Positions 1-9,365 of a stretch of DNA of 32,041 nucleotides are shown in pieces. Made by a program: the position numbers and the translations under genes. The first letter of the stretch is position 1, and each line of letters opens with the position of its first letter. This DNA comes from Nitrososphaeraceae archaeon (GTDB lineage Archaea; Thermoproteota; Nitrososphaeria; Nitrososphaerales; Nitrososphaeraceae): assembly GCA_044870765.1 (NCBI GenBank), contig JBIOZG010000021.1, positions 1-32,041 on the forward strand, in the 5' to 3' direction. The notes below the pieces were generated by a model that saw only the letters and a list, made by a program, of their open reading frames with translations, was not told the DNA's origin and did not search any database.

Positions 1-474
1 ATTTCTTAAATGTTCCTTTGATGTATATGACATGCATCACTTGGACTGGAATATGAATAAGAATTGTTTGCCTAATGTTACCAAACGGTATGAAAAATGG
101 AATTAAAAATTAAACACTTGTTTCATATTTGTAAGTAGCAATTAGCCTTGCATGGCATACTTTGCAAATCATCATATTAGACAGGCCATAAAGTGAGTTA
201 GTTCTTTGTTTGCAATAGTCATATGTCATGTCGCTAATAGAGTTTGAAAGAAATGCTAGGGACAGTTTTATCTCAGAAAGCAAGAGCACTGTTGGAAAAT
301 GCTCAAAGTTTCTTTTTTGAAGCTTCGAAAGAATTGACGTTGGATAGGAGCCTGAATTAATCACTGTGTTTGTGTCTATATTCCAAGTTTATTTTTTGGT
401 AAACTTATTCGTGGAATTTATAAGAGCGTGAACAGAGGCTTATTTAAGATTAAATTGTTACTTAGACCAGATAC

Positions 475-1041
475 ATGGAAATAGTCATACAACCAGTTTT
501 AACGGGTCTTGATGATAATACACTTAATGAATTAACAGAGGATATATGGACTGAACTTGAACAAATAGAATTAACGGATATTAATCTGGTCCATAATCCT
601 ACTATAAACCAGTTCAACAGGGATGTAGCCTTTGAATCTGCATTTGATATTCACAGAAACCAATGGAATTCTCCCCTGTTACTGGATTGGGTTTATAAAA
701 GTTTCAAGCCTAAAAAGGATAGAATAATACTTGTCATACTAGACGTAGACGCGTATTCAAGTGGCTTGAACTTTGTCTTGGGAGAAGCGTTTCCACATAG
801 ACGACTGGCAGCTGTATATTTATCCAGAATTAAAGAAGAGTACTACGGTCTCAAATCAAATGCCGAGTTTTTACACGAGAGGATGGTGAAAGAGTGCATA
901 CACGAGTTAGGACATATTTTTGGTTTTAATCATTGTCCTAACATGCTATGTGTAATGCATTTTAGTAACTCGTTGAGCGATACAGACTTCAAGACGAAAA
1001 GTTTTTGCACTATATGTAGAATAAAGAAGCCAATATTTTAG
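475..1041 (+). CDS. amzA: Archaemetzincin family Zn-dependent metalloprotease
   Basis: HELGHIFGFNHC-x4-CVM...CTIC matches the archaemetzincin HExxHxxGxxH plus Cys4 signature; also DAYSSGLNFVLGEA motif. Confidence 0.93.
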   Translation: MEIVIQPVLTGLDDNTLNELTEDIWTELEQIELTDINLVHNPTINQFNRDVAFESAFDIHRNQWNSPLLLDWVYKSFKPKKDRIILVILDVDAYSSGLNFVLGEAFPHRRLAAVYLSRIKEEYYGLKSNAEFLHERMVKECIHELGHIFGFNHCPNMLCVMHFSNSLSDTDFKTKSFCTICRIKKPIF

Positions 1042-1080
1042 AGCGAGTAGAATTTACCAAAAAAACGATATTGGAAACGA

Positions 1081-1512
1081 CTATCCGCTTGTGATGCTCC
1101 ATTCGTATGCAGTTGCACAGAATTCATCAGAGTGGACTGAACCAGCCAATTCGACGACTATAATCAGACTATTCATCCAGGATAAATTTTGGGATTTTGT
1201 AAATCCCGTTACAATATTCAATCCCCTAATCTTGCCATCCTCAAGAACCCTACTTTTTTCATGAGACCACCACATGAACTCTTCACCATTTTCCGTCGTC
1301 AGCGTACCTTGCCAAGCTGCATCAATTATGCCATGAGGATATCTAGTCATGGTGCCTGAAGCAATATTTTTGCCGCTTGGAAAGCTATCTGTGCCTCTAA
1401 TCTCTGACCTGAAAGTAACCTCTGTTGTTACTCCTTCGATAGGATGAACCTTTGTCAACCTAAATGCTGTTATTTTGCCAGCTTCCTCAAAGAGTTTTTT
1501 TCCTAACCCCAT
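1081..1512 (-). CDS. Hypothetical protein (beta-rich)
   Basis: 143-aa ORF with ATG start, normal composition and an AT-rich TATA-like element about 20-25 nt upstream. Confidence 0.8.
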   Translation of the reverse strand: MGLGKKLFEEAGKITAFRLTKVHPIEGVTTEVTFRSEIRGTDSFPSGKNIASGTMTRYPHGIIDAAWQGTLTTENGEEFMWWSHEKSRVLEDGKIRGLNIVTGFTKSQNLSWMNSLIIVVELAGSVHSDEFCATAYEWSITSG

Positions 1513-1784
1513 ATCTAATGTAACTTGACCAGATTAATATTTGAGACTTACCAAACCTTATTACAGCGAAACGTCAATGCTGGGCTGAGTTCAATGAGGC
1601 TAGAGACTATTATTTATTTTGAGAAGAAAATATGATTGCCATGCCCAGCCGCAAGCATGCCGTATCATAGCTACTCAAAAGATTTCGGATAAGAATGTTT
1701 TATATTGAATACTTGCAATAGGTTAATACTAGATTAGAAAAATTCATATTTCAAATCACTCATAAATGGTATAAGGTAGAGAAT

Positions 1785-3428
1785 ATGTCTGCATCTCAAC
1801 CAGACCGAATGCCTATTATTCTATTAAAAGAAGGTGCTACTGAAACAAAAGGAAAAGACGCAAGAAAAAATAACATCACAGCTGCAAAATTAATTGCGCA
1901 GGTTATTCGTTCCAGCTTGGGTCCTAGAGGCATGGATAAGATGCTGGTCGACCCTACAGGCGATGTAACAATTACAAACGATGGTGCTACCATCTTCAAG
2001 GAAATAGAAATTGAACATCCCGTAGCCAAAATGTTAGTAGAGGTTGCCAAATCTGTAGATAATGAGGCAGGAGATGGAACCAAATCTGTGGTTGTGTTCG
2101 CTGGCTCTCTAATCGAAAATGCTGAAGAGCTTCTCGACAAAGATGTTCATCCTACGATAGTTGTAGAAGGGTTTAGGCAAGCCTCTAAGAAAGCAATTGA
2201 GTTTCTCAAAGAGATATCCGTTGAAATCAATCCAAAGGATAAGATATTTCTGAATAAAATCGCCAAAACTACCATTGCCACTAAGTTAGTCACTACAAAT
2301 TCTGAACTATTATCTAAACTTGTAATTGATGCAGCTCTGATGGTCGCTGACGAATTGGGAGATAATAAATTTAAAATTGATTTAGATGATGTTAAAGTAG
2401 AGAAGAAAGCTGGTGGCTCGTTTCAGGACAGCCTGCTAATACAGGGTATGGTAATTGATAAAGAGGTCGTTCATGCAGGAATGCCCAAAAGAATTCAGGA
2501 TGCTAAAATCGCGTTAATAAATTCTGCATTAGAAATTGAAAAGCCAGAGTTTGACACCAAATTGAATATTACTTCACCCGAGCAAATGCAAAAGTTTCAG
2601 AGCGAAGAGGAGAGAATGCTAAAAGCCATGGTTGATAATGTCGTTTCTTCTGGAGCAAATGTAATTCTGTGTCAGAAAGGAATTGACGATATTGCGCAGC
2701 ACTATCTGGCTAAAGAGGGAATAATTGCAGTCAGAAGAATTAAAGAGAGCGACATGACAAAACTTGCAAAGGCCACAGGTGCAAAGATAATTACTAACAC
2801 AGAGGAGCTATCTAAAGATGATATTGGTCATGCAGATTTGATTGAAGAACGAAATGTAGAAAATGACAAGTGGTTTTTTATTGAAGGCTGCAAGAACCCG
2901 AAATCAATCACTATCCTAATTCGTGGCGGCTCGCAGAGAGTTGTAGATGAAGCAGAAAGGTCCATCCATGACGCGTTAATGGTCCTCAAAGATGTTGTAG
3001 AGTATCCTTACGTGGTTGTGGGAGGAGGTGCACCTGAAGTAATAGTTTCTAAAAAGTTGAGAGAATGGTCCAGCTCACTTGCAAGCCGCAAACAGCTAGC
3101 TGTTGAGAAATATGCCGATGCTTTAGAATCGATTCCACTGGCGTTGGCAGAAAATGCTGGTATGTCTGTGGTCGACGCACAAGCTGAATTGCGCACAAAA
3201 AGTCAAACGACAGGTAAACCAAGGTTTGGAGTCGATGTCTTTAAGGGAAAAATTGTGGACTTGTCATCAAGAGATGTTTATGAACCGCTCTCAGTTAAAA
3301 ACCAGGTCGTAAATTCAGGAACGGAAGCAGCATGTATGATATTACGCATAGATGACATAATATCTGCAGGCTCACCCAAAGGTTCCCCGAGTCCCTCCAC
3401 AGGTGGATACACCGGCATGACTGAATAA
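1785..3428 (+). CDS. ths: Thermosome (group II chaperonin) subunit
   Basis: SSLGPRGMDKMLVD, TITNDGAT, GDGT, QKGIDD, GGGAPE and ILRIDD motifs; 547 aa. Confidence 0.97.
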   Translation: MSASQPDRMPIILLKEGATETKGKDARKNNITAAKLIAQVIRSSLGPRGMDKMLVDPTGDVTITNDGATIFKEIEIEHPVAKMLVEVAKSVDNEAGDGTKSVVVFAGSLIENAEELLDKDVHPTIVVEGFRQASKKAIEFLKEISVEINPKDKIFLNKIAKTTIATKLVTTNSELLSKLVIDAALMVADELGDNKFKIDLDDVKVEKKAGGSFQDSLLIQGMVIDKEVVHAGMPKRIQDAKIALINSALEIEKPEFDTKLNITSPEQMQKFQSEEERMLKAMVDNVVSSGANVILCQKGIDDIAQHYLAKEGIIAVRRIKESDMTKLAKATGAKIITNTEELSKDDIGHADLIEERNVENDKWFFIEGCKNPKSITILIRGGSQRVVDEAERSIHDALMVLKDVVEYPYVVVGGGAPEVIVSKKLREWSSSLASRKQLAVEKYADALESIPLALAENAGMSVVDAQAELRTKSQTTGKPRFGVDVFKGKIVDLSSRDVYEPLSVKNQVVNSGTEAACMILRIDDIISAGSPKGSPSPSTGGYTGMTE

Positions 3429-3680
3429 TTCAGAACTCTCCCGATGTCTTGTCCGAAAAAACAGAATCGTTCCTCCAAGTTCATTTAACGATTTTCCGTT
3501 ACACCTGCTTCGTACGTATTCAGTTCTTCCCGTACCCTTTAATATGCTATGGTTGACTAGGTCTCATGTTTCTAAACGGAAGAAAAGAACAAGTCAGGCT
3601 GGCCAACTGAAACGTCTTATGTAACATCATCTGTTGTTAATTTTTCATGTTGTTTCCTTTTCCTGATATTTTCCAGTTTA

Positions 3681-4829
3681 TCATATTAATTGCTCATCGT
3701 ATCTGTTTTCTCTAATTAATTTTGAGATATTTACCGCACCTGTTATTGTTCGCTTGATATCTGTCCTCATTGCTGCGCCCTCGTTTGACATCATTGTATT
3801 ATAATTGTTCTCAGTATCTTCAGCATACCATCCTCTAGTCCAACCCGCGAACGGGAATTTACCAAACACAAATCCTAGCTGTGCCCAAAAAGTTAGCATC
3901 TCTCCAGCAACGTGCTGAACATTGTCCTGACCTCCTGTTATTATAAAAGCCGCCGTCTTATCCCGAATTAAGTATTGTTGATTAGTAACTGATTGATTTT
4001 GAACACAATTCATCCTTTGAACCATTTGATAATATAGAGAGCTTGCATTTCCCCATCTTATCGGAGTTGAAACAAGGACAACGTCTGACCATATTATTAC
4101 CTTTTCATAGACTTTTATCATTTCATCTTCTTTATCCATTTCTGAAATCGAACAAGGGAAAATGCAAGCCTTTGCGTTTTTAGAATAATATCCTTCGCAG
4201 TGCCTAAATTTCATGTTTCTCAGTTTAATCATATAACTATCTGCACCTAGTTTATTTTTGGCATAATCTAAAGCAAATTTCAGTGAATCTTCAGATGTGC
4301 TTTTTCTTGGAGCCACTTCATCATTAGTATTGGTTGTAGAAATACCCAAGACGTGAATTTTGTTATCACTTTGAATTATCGAGTCATTATCCTTATGCGA
4401 CAAATAATTTCTAACAGAGTCTCGTAGTTCAACATACGCTTTGTGAGGCCTATAGGAAGTTGTTCCTAGCCGTGAAGGAATCAAATCTAGATACAATTTG
4501 TTACCAATGAGGTGTATTTTGTAACTATTCACGCTATCTCCTCCTCGATGTGGCGATTGTCCATTAAAAACATTATATTTCCATCCGTGCCAAGGACACG
4601 TCACTATACTATTTTCCAAGGTCCCCTGACTTAGTGGACCTCCTTTGTGTGAACAGACGTTGGAAATTGCACAAAACTTATCGTCTATATTAAATACTGC
4701 AATTTCTTGCTTAATGCCTTTATCTAGAGAAATCGAAAATGCCTTCGATTCACCTTTTTTTATCTCAGTTTTATAACATAAGTAATACAGGCTTGAAGGT
4801 TGCTTGCGCTTAGCTACAAATCTTTTCAT
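3681..4829 (-). CDS. Rieske [2Fe-2S] domain fused to a flavodoxin-fold (NADPH-dependent FMN reductase / iron-sulfur flavoprotein-like) domain
   Basis: N-terminal CSH...CPWH Rieske ligands; C-terminal HVLGISTT, CEGYYS-x5-CIFPC, STPIRWG and AFIITGG flavodoxin-like segments. Confidence 0.88.
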   Translation of the reverse strand: MKRFVAKRKQPSSLYYLCYKTEIKKGESKAFSISLDKGIKQEIAVFNIDDKFCAISNVCSHKGGPLSQGTLENSIVTCPWHGWKYNVFNGQSPHRGGDSVNSYKIHLIGNKLYLDLIPSRLGTTSYRPHKAYVELRDSVRNYLSHKDNDSIIQSDNKIHVLGISTTNTNDEVAPRKSTSEDSLKFALDYAKNKLGADSYMIKLRNMKFRHCEGYYSKNAKACIFPCSISEMDKEDEMIKVYEKVIIWSDVVLVSTPIRWGNASSLYYQMVQRMNCVQNQSVTNQQYLIRDKTAAFIITGGQDNVQHVAGEMLTFWAQLGFVFGKFPFAGWTRGWYAEDTENNYNTMMSNEGAAMRTDIKRTITGAVNISKLIRENRYDEQLI

Positions 4830-4946
4830 AATCTCATATCTACATTATACGTCATAGCCTTTACCATAGCCTCTCTTATCTAGTATCAAAACTCGGCTGA
4901 ATCCAAGGATACTCTTTTTCATAACCTTCCTACCATAATTCGGAGT

Positions 4947-5423
4947 TTACTTTATTTTTGACGTAGCAACCATTTCCGATTCAATATTTTTTATTAGTTC
5001 TTGAAGTATTTCTATCAATCTTTTCCTTTGTGCCTTGTCAGATGAGCTCCAATTATCCCTTTCAGCACGTTTATGGGCCAGTTTGTATTTTAATCCTATC
5101 ATAGAAGTGGTATAGTTGTTTGCATCGAGTTTTTTTACATTTTGATTTGCAAGAATGTACCAATGGTACTCTGTTCCCACAGGAACACCTGACCCTTCTG
5201 GTGCATTTCCTGCCCTTCTTTTGCTAACACTATAGCTAAATTGCCATTTATCGGGAGTTAATTTTTTCTCTTTCCACTCCCCCTTGTCGTAATACCATTT
5301 GTGAGTCCTGCCCACCTTCATTCCCGTGTATTTCTTTCCTTCAAATTCTTTGAATTGACTATAAGACTTTGAAATATCCTTTTTTATTACGTTATTCTTT
5401 TTTTGAATACTTTCTTGTCGCAT
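4947..5423 (-). CDS. Conserved-looking basic hypothetical protein
   Basis: 158-aa Lys- and aromatic-rich ORF (YTGMKVGRTHKWYYDKGEWKE; GTEYHWYILA); TTAAAT upstream. Confidence 0.82.
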   Translation of the reverse strand: MRQESIQKKNNVIKKDISKSYSQFKEFEGKKYTGMKVGRTHKWYYDKGEWKEKKLTPDKWQFSYSVSKRRAGNAPEGSGVPVGTEYHWYILANQNVKKLDANNYTTSMIGLKYKLAHKRAERDNWSSSDKAQRKRLIEILQELIKNIESEMVATSKIK

Positions 5424-5595
5424 GCAATACTCTGTAAAAAAAAATATTTAATTGTTTTATCTCAGTTCAAATTGAGTAGTTTCTTCTGATAATACTGTCT
5501 CAGCGTCGTAGAGTTCCTATCATTCCTGTGAGGTTGAGCCATTATAGTTTCGCAATTGGAATCCATCAGTGCAACTAGTCTTCAATGGTTACAGA

Positions 5596-5663
5596 GCAAC
5601 TAATTGGAGGAATTATTGGATTGAGTGATGAACAAGACCACACTCAATAATCCCATCCGCTGC
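5596..5663 (-). ncRNA. Candidate structured ncRNA, hairpin family copy C
   Basis: Shares a 19-nt identical block (gattgagtgatgaacaaga) with 21514-21532; folds on the minus strand with a G-U pair in the basal stem. Confidence 0.5.
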
Positions 5664-5914
5664 CTGTGTCTAAGCAAACCAATCATGATGGAAAGGTTCG
5701 AGTTGCCCTGTCCGATTTTCAATTGACTTTTGTAAAAAATTAACAAACTATAATTGTATTTATTTAATATTTAATTTTTAATATCCACTAACATCCAACA
5801 GCAACTCTTCTAGTTAATAATTAGGACATTGCGAAGAAGAAAGGATTGATTGACAATCATCTGGAGGTCTATTTGCGCTAGACTTATTACGTTGGAACTG
5901 TGAGCAAATACTGA

Positions 5915-6310
5915 ATGCCAGTAGACAAACCCCGTGTTATGATAGCTATAGAAGACAAAGACGCAATGGCAAACATTGCTGGCCTTTTGTGGTTCAAAGG
6001 TTATGAAGTCTACAAATCGAATAGTGCAGAAGATTGCTCGTTGAAAATGAATGAACTTAAAGACCGAAACATGCATGTTGTGATAGTGAGTCAACAAGTG
6101 GCATTGGATAGGAGAGCAATGTTAATTGTAAAGGTGAAAAGAAGTAATATTGATACGAAAGTACTGGTCATAGCAGATGAAGATAATGAGAAGACCAAGA
6201 TACTAGATTATGGAGCAGACGAATTTACTCTCAAGCCGATAAGTCCCGAAAATGTGGCTGATAAGTTATTCATGCTGCTGACTAGGGAAGTAGTTTCTGA
6301 AAATAAGTAA
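5915..6310 (+). CDS. Atypical response-regulator receiver domain protein
   Basis: Receiver-like segments VMIAIED, KGYEV and GADEFTLKP; phospho-acceptor Asp position appears to be Ser (VVIVSQQ). Confidence 0.82.
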   Translation: MPVDKPRVMIAIEDKDAMANIAGLLWFKGYEVYKSNSAEDCSLKMNELKDRNMHVVIVSQQVALDRRAMLIVKVKRSNIDTKVLVIADEDNEKTKILDYGADEFTLKPISPENVADKLFMLLTREVVSENK

Positions 6311-6402
6311 TTAATAATGTTCCCTGCGATACAATTTCTCTAGAATCTTGACTAAGGCGCTGTATTTTTAGACTAAAATAGTATGTCGCACAAAACAGTT
6401 AG

Positions 6403-6996
6403 GTGAAGAGCACAATTAGTCAACCTAAAGTCTCTGATATTCCTAATAATCTAGTTTCACGATTGCTAAAACTGAAGTTAGGTACTCATTACCTTATTAT
6501 ATATCCAAATATAGAAACAGTTAGGAAAATTTATGCCCAGTACATACGAGTGCTTTTGGAAGAGAATAGAGTGGCAATTTTGTTTTTCCCTTATTATGAC
6601 ACAACAGATAAAGTTAGACAGGAGTTGATGCTCAAGGGTATCGATGTAAAAAAATATCAGCGTGACAACTCTCTTACACTGGTCGATTTTGCCAAAGTAA
6701 TTGATAACCCCTATCTCGGGATTCCCGCGGCCTTTGGCCTCAAAGAGTTCGTAAGCAAAATCAAACGTTTTCACAGCAAAAAATCTCTAATTGTTATTAC
6801 AGACATGTCTCTTTATAACCATCTTGGCGATATCGATGACCTCTTAAAATATGAAAGCTTTGGTCATCATGGTTCTGACGCTCTAAATTGGAAACAAATA
6901 TGTTTGTATCACAAACTAGATTTTAATTTGATGTTTACTAGTAAACAAAAACAGAAAATCTTTGATTACCATAAGGATAAAATTATTATAATTTAG
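6403..6996 (+). CDS. MEDS-like sensory domain protein
   Basis: GTHYLIIYP...YYDTTDKVRQEL...GIDV...QICLYH pattern typical of thaumarchaeal MEDS-like proteins; sits between two receiver genes. Confidence 0.65.
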   Translation: MKSTISQPKVSDIPNNLVSRLLKLKLGTHYLIIYPNIETVRKIYAQYIRVLLEENRVAILFFPYYDTTDKVRQELMLKGIDVKKYQRDNSLTLVDFAKVIDNPYLGIPAAFGLKEFVSKIKRFHSKKSLIVITDMSLYNHLGDIDDLLKYESFGHHGSDALNWKQICLYHKLDFNLMFTSKQKQKIFDYHKDKIIII

Positions 6997-7018
6997 CTTT
7001 TATAGGAGCGCGGGAGCT

Positions 7019-7453
7019 TCATCTTTGTTCTTGTACTTGTTGAATTTTTACTTGATTCTCTACTTCGGTAACTAAATTTTTCATTGTTATGGGCTTCTGT
7101 AGGATATAATCAATGAGGTTTCCTTTTTTATATTGGTGAAATACACTGTCTTCAACTTCAAAAGCCGTAATGAGTAATGCTCGAATGTTAGGATTAATAG
7201 CTTTTATTTGTTTTATTAACTCTATTCCATCCATACCTGGCATTCTCAAATCGGAAATTATAAGCACATACGAATTCCTATTAACCTTAAAATGTTCTAG
7301 GGCAATTAGTGGATTTGTAAATGCGTACACTGAAAAACCTGAAGCTAGTAATGCGTCACGGTAAAGCTGAACAATATCCCACTCATCATCGATTACTCCG
7401 ATGACTCCCGTCTTGTCTACCAAAGGACTTGCACTTCCTACTGAAATATCCAT
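7019..7453 (-). CDS. Stand-alone response-regulator receiver (CheY-like)
   Basis: VIDDE, IISDLRMPGMDG, LITA and QKP: all canonical receiver residues present. Confidence 0.93.
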   Translation of the reverse strand: MDISVGSASPLVDKTGVIGVIDDEWDIVQLYRDALLASGFSVYAFTNPLIALEHFKVNRNSYVLIISDLRMPGMDGIELIKQIKAINPNIRALLITAFEVEDSVFHQYKKGNLIDYILQKPITMKNLVTEVENQVKIQQVQEQR

Positions 7454-7689
7454 CCCTGTAAAACAAAGTTAATCCACAAGTTATTTAATAACTTTTTCTG
7501 GCGTCTAAAGCAAATTGTACACGAGGTTTTGGAAGAACTTAAGCAAAAGGATTTTGGAAAGGCAAAGACTTAAAGCTTACCTTCTTGATATGATAAGTTA
7601 AGAAATCCTCCATTAGAACTGATATCGTCAAGCATCCCTCCGTGTTTCTGTATTTGTCAAAAACGATTAACAACCGTTTCGGCCTGTGA

Positions 7690-8094
7690 CCAATTATAGC
7701 CGTAAATTCTTCCACCCATATAGTTTATGTACCTGATTCTCATCGAGATTTTATTCAGATATTTACCAGTGATGGTAACCTTTTAGACAAGCGGAGTGGA
7801 CAATTTAATAATCCGACAGGAATCACTGTTGGCGCTTCAGGACAAATGCGTGTTGCCAATGCGGGGGTCAATTCCGTTGTAGCTTTAGGAACTGGAGGCA
7901 ATAACTTTTTCACAAAGTGGCGAGGAAGTTACGGTTCCTACCCTGGTCAATTTAAAGAACCTAACGACGTTTCGCTAGATTCCTCGCGACTTGTCTATGT
8001 GGTTGATACTTGGAATCATCGCATCCAGGTATTCTATTGGAAGACAGATGTGCGAGAAACTGGTGGAGCTGTGCCAATTATCTGCAAATCATAA
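7690..8094 (+). pseudogene. NHL-repeat (beta-propeller) protein remnant
   Basis: Frame is open from 7690 (IAVNSSTHIVYVPDSHRDFIQIF...GQFNNPTGITV...GQFKEPNDVSLDSSRLVYVVDTWNHRIQVF) but preceded by in-frame TGA at 7687 with no start codon; only about 3 degenerate repeats. Confidence 0.72.
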
Positions 8095-8099
8095 TTAGC

Positions 8100-8369
8100 T
8101 CATTCCTTCTTTACCCATTCATCGCCTTGTTTCTTGTACTTTTGCTTAACAGCAGCCCATGCCGCTTTATGAGCGACTTCTTCAGCGCTTTGACTTTTAC
8201 CTCCTCGTCTTTTTGCAGGATTTTGATACTGTTTTATTGCGCTGGCGTGTGCTTTCTTGAAAATATGTTGGGCGTGCTCAGGTAATGAATCGATTTGCTT
8301 TTTTGTTCTGGCTGATAACGCCGTATCTATTTTGGTTTTTTTTCCACTCGAATTCTTTTTTTCAGGCAT
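8100..8369 (-). CDS. chaB: ChaB family protein
   Basis: LPEHAQHIFKKAHASA...AHKAAWAAVKQKYKKQGDEW is the ChaB signature. Confidence 0.92.
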   Translation of the reverse strand: MPEKKNSSGKKTKIDTALSARTKKQIDSLPEHAQHIFKKAHASAIKQYQNPAKRRGGKSQSAEEVAHKAAWAAVKQKYKKQGDEWVKKE

Positions 8370-8448
8370 GTATTATTAAATAGACAAAATCCTATTTATC
8401 TGGAAATACCTGCTAATTTTATGTTGATTAGTTATTTTTAATTTTGAA

Positions 8449-8548
8449 TCAGGTACAATTATTGCAAGCGTATTTCAACTGACCACTAACATTCTTTTGC
8501 TCTATTTCCACTTTCCCGCGTACCACATACTTCACAAGTTCCTTTCAT
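8449..8548 (-). pseudogene. Frameshifted Cys4 zinc-ribbon microprotein
   Basis: MKGTCEVCGTR in one frame and VEIEQKNVSGQLKYACNNCT* in the +1 frame; span is 100 nt (33 codons + 1). Confidence 0.55.
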
Positions 8549-8640
8549 TTGAATAAAATGACTCTTCAAAGTATTTATCGATTCACAAACGTCGATACAC
8601 AAAAAAGAAGTTGAATGTGGGGCTCTGAATAATCAATTTT

Positions 8641-8646
8641 TTTATA
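8641..8646 (+). promoter_or_regulatory. Putative archaeal TATA box of the 8669 microprotein gene (leaderless spacing)
   Basis: TTTATA ending 23 nt before the ATG. Confidence 0.5.
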
Positions 8647-8668
8647 TTTTGATGCTGTAAAATATAGT

Positions 8669-8842
8669 ATGGTCGTATTGGTCAAGTGTAAGAAGTGTGG
8701 CCAAGAATATCCATCAAAATTAATACAAGCAATTGATGAACAAGCACTGAAAAATAATATATTTACAAACATGAGTGAACCCTGTCCAAATTGCGGTCAA
8801 ATCTCTAGTTACGATAGTCCAGATTTTTACTGGAAGTTATAA
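8669..8842 (+). CDS. 57-aa zinc-ribbon protein (CKKCG...CPNCG)
   Basis: Hand translation MVVLVKCKKCGQEYPSKLIQAIDEQALKNNIFTNMSEPCPNCGQISSYDSPDFYWKL; TTTATA box about 25 nt upstream. Confidence 0.85.
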   Translation: MVVLVKCKKCGQEYPSKLIQAIDEQALKNNIFTNMSEPCPNCGQISSYDSPDFYWKL

Positions 8843-9110
8843 AAAACCGACGAAAGTTTACAGATAATTAACAAACGTGGACGTTACAGAATCTGATTAA
8901 ACCACTCTTTGTGAGCATAACTATACACTTTTTGAATACGTATTAAGAAGCGATTACATACGAAAAGGGACCGATTCAAAAAATGGTAAGCCCCCAGAAT
9001 AACACAAGCAAAAGTATATTCATCAGATAAAGAACAAACTTCTCACTATGATTTACTTGATGGATTAAGATTAAGTTTGAGGAGTTATAATATTAAATAA
9101 AAAATAAGTT

Positions 9111-9281
9111 CTACTTTGATTGTACTAAAATAGGTTTAGCAAAGTCAAAATTGTGTAATCCATTTCTTATTGCAGTAATCGTGCAGGGAATATTATTTTC
9201 CATAAAACTTGACCACATAACCTCACATGTTCTGCACTTAAATTCGCCTGGAGCGACATCTGGTTTTATTGTTCATGCCAT
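9111..9281 (-). pseudogene. Small Cys/His metal-binding protein with an in-frame TGA at codon 3
   Basis: MA*TIKPDVAPGEFKCRTCEVMWSSFMENNIPCTITAIRNGLHNFDFAKPILVQSK*; CxxC...C...H. Confidence 0.5.
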
Positions 9282-9365
9282 ATTATTATTATAGACCACG
9301 AGGTATATCAATCCTTTCTAATCACATGAGAAAACAAAAACAGAATTCAAAAAAATTATATTTCA

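Noticed and set aside
110-364. 84-aa minus-strand ORF; last 39 aa (from ATG 229) contain YDYC...CKVC like a damaged zinc finger
   Set aside because: First Cys of the pair is absent and the N-terminal part is non-descript; too little support to call
1796-3484. Antisense ORFs inside the thermosome gene, and similar shadow ORFs inside the other long genes
   Set aside because: Opposite-strand or alternate-frame shadows of well-supported CDSs
9273-9275. In-frame TGA as selenocysteine
   Set aside because: Not at a Cys-motif position, no SECIS-like element seen, and Sec machinery is not known in this lineage
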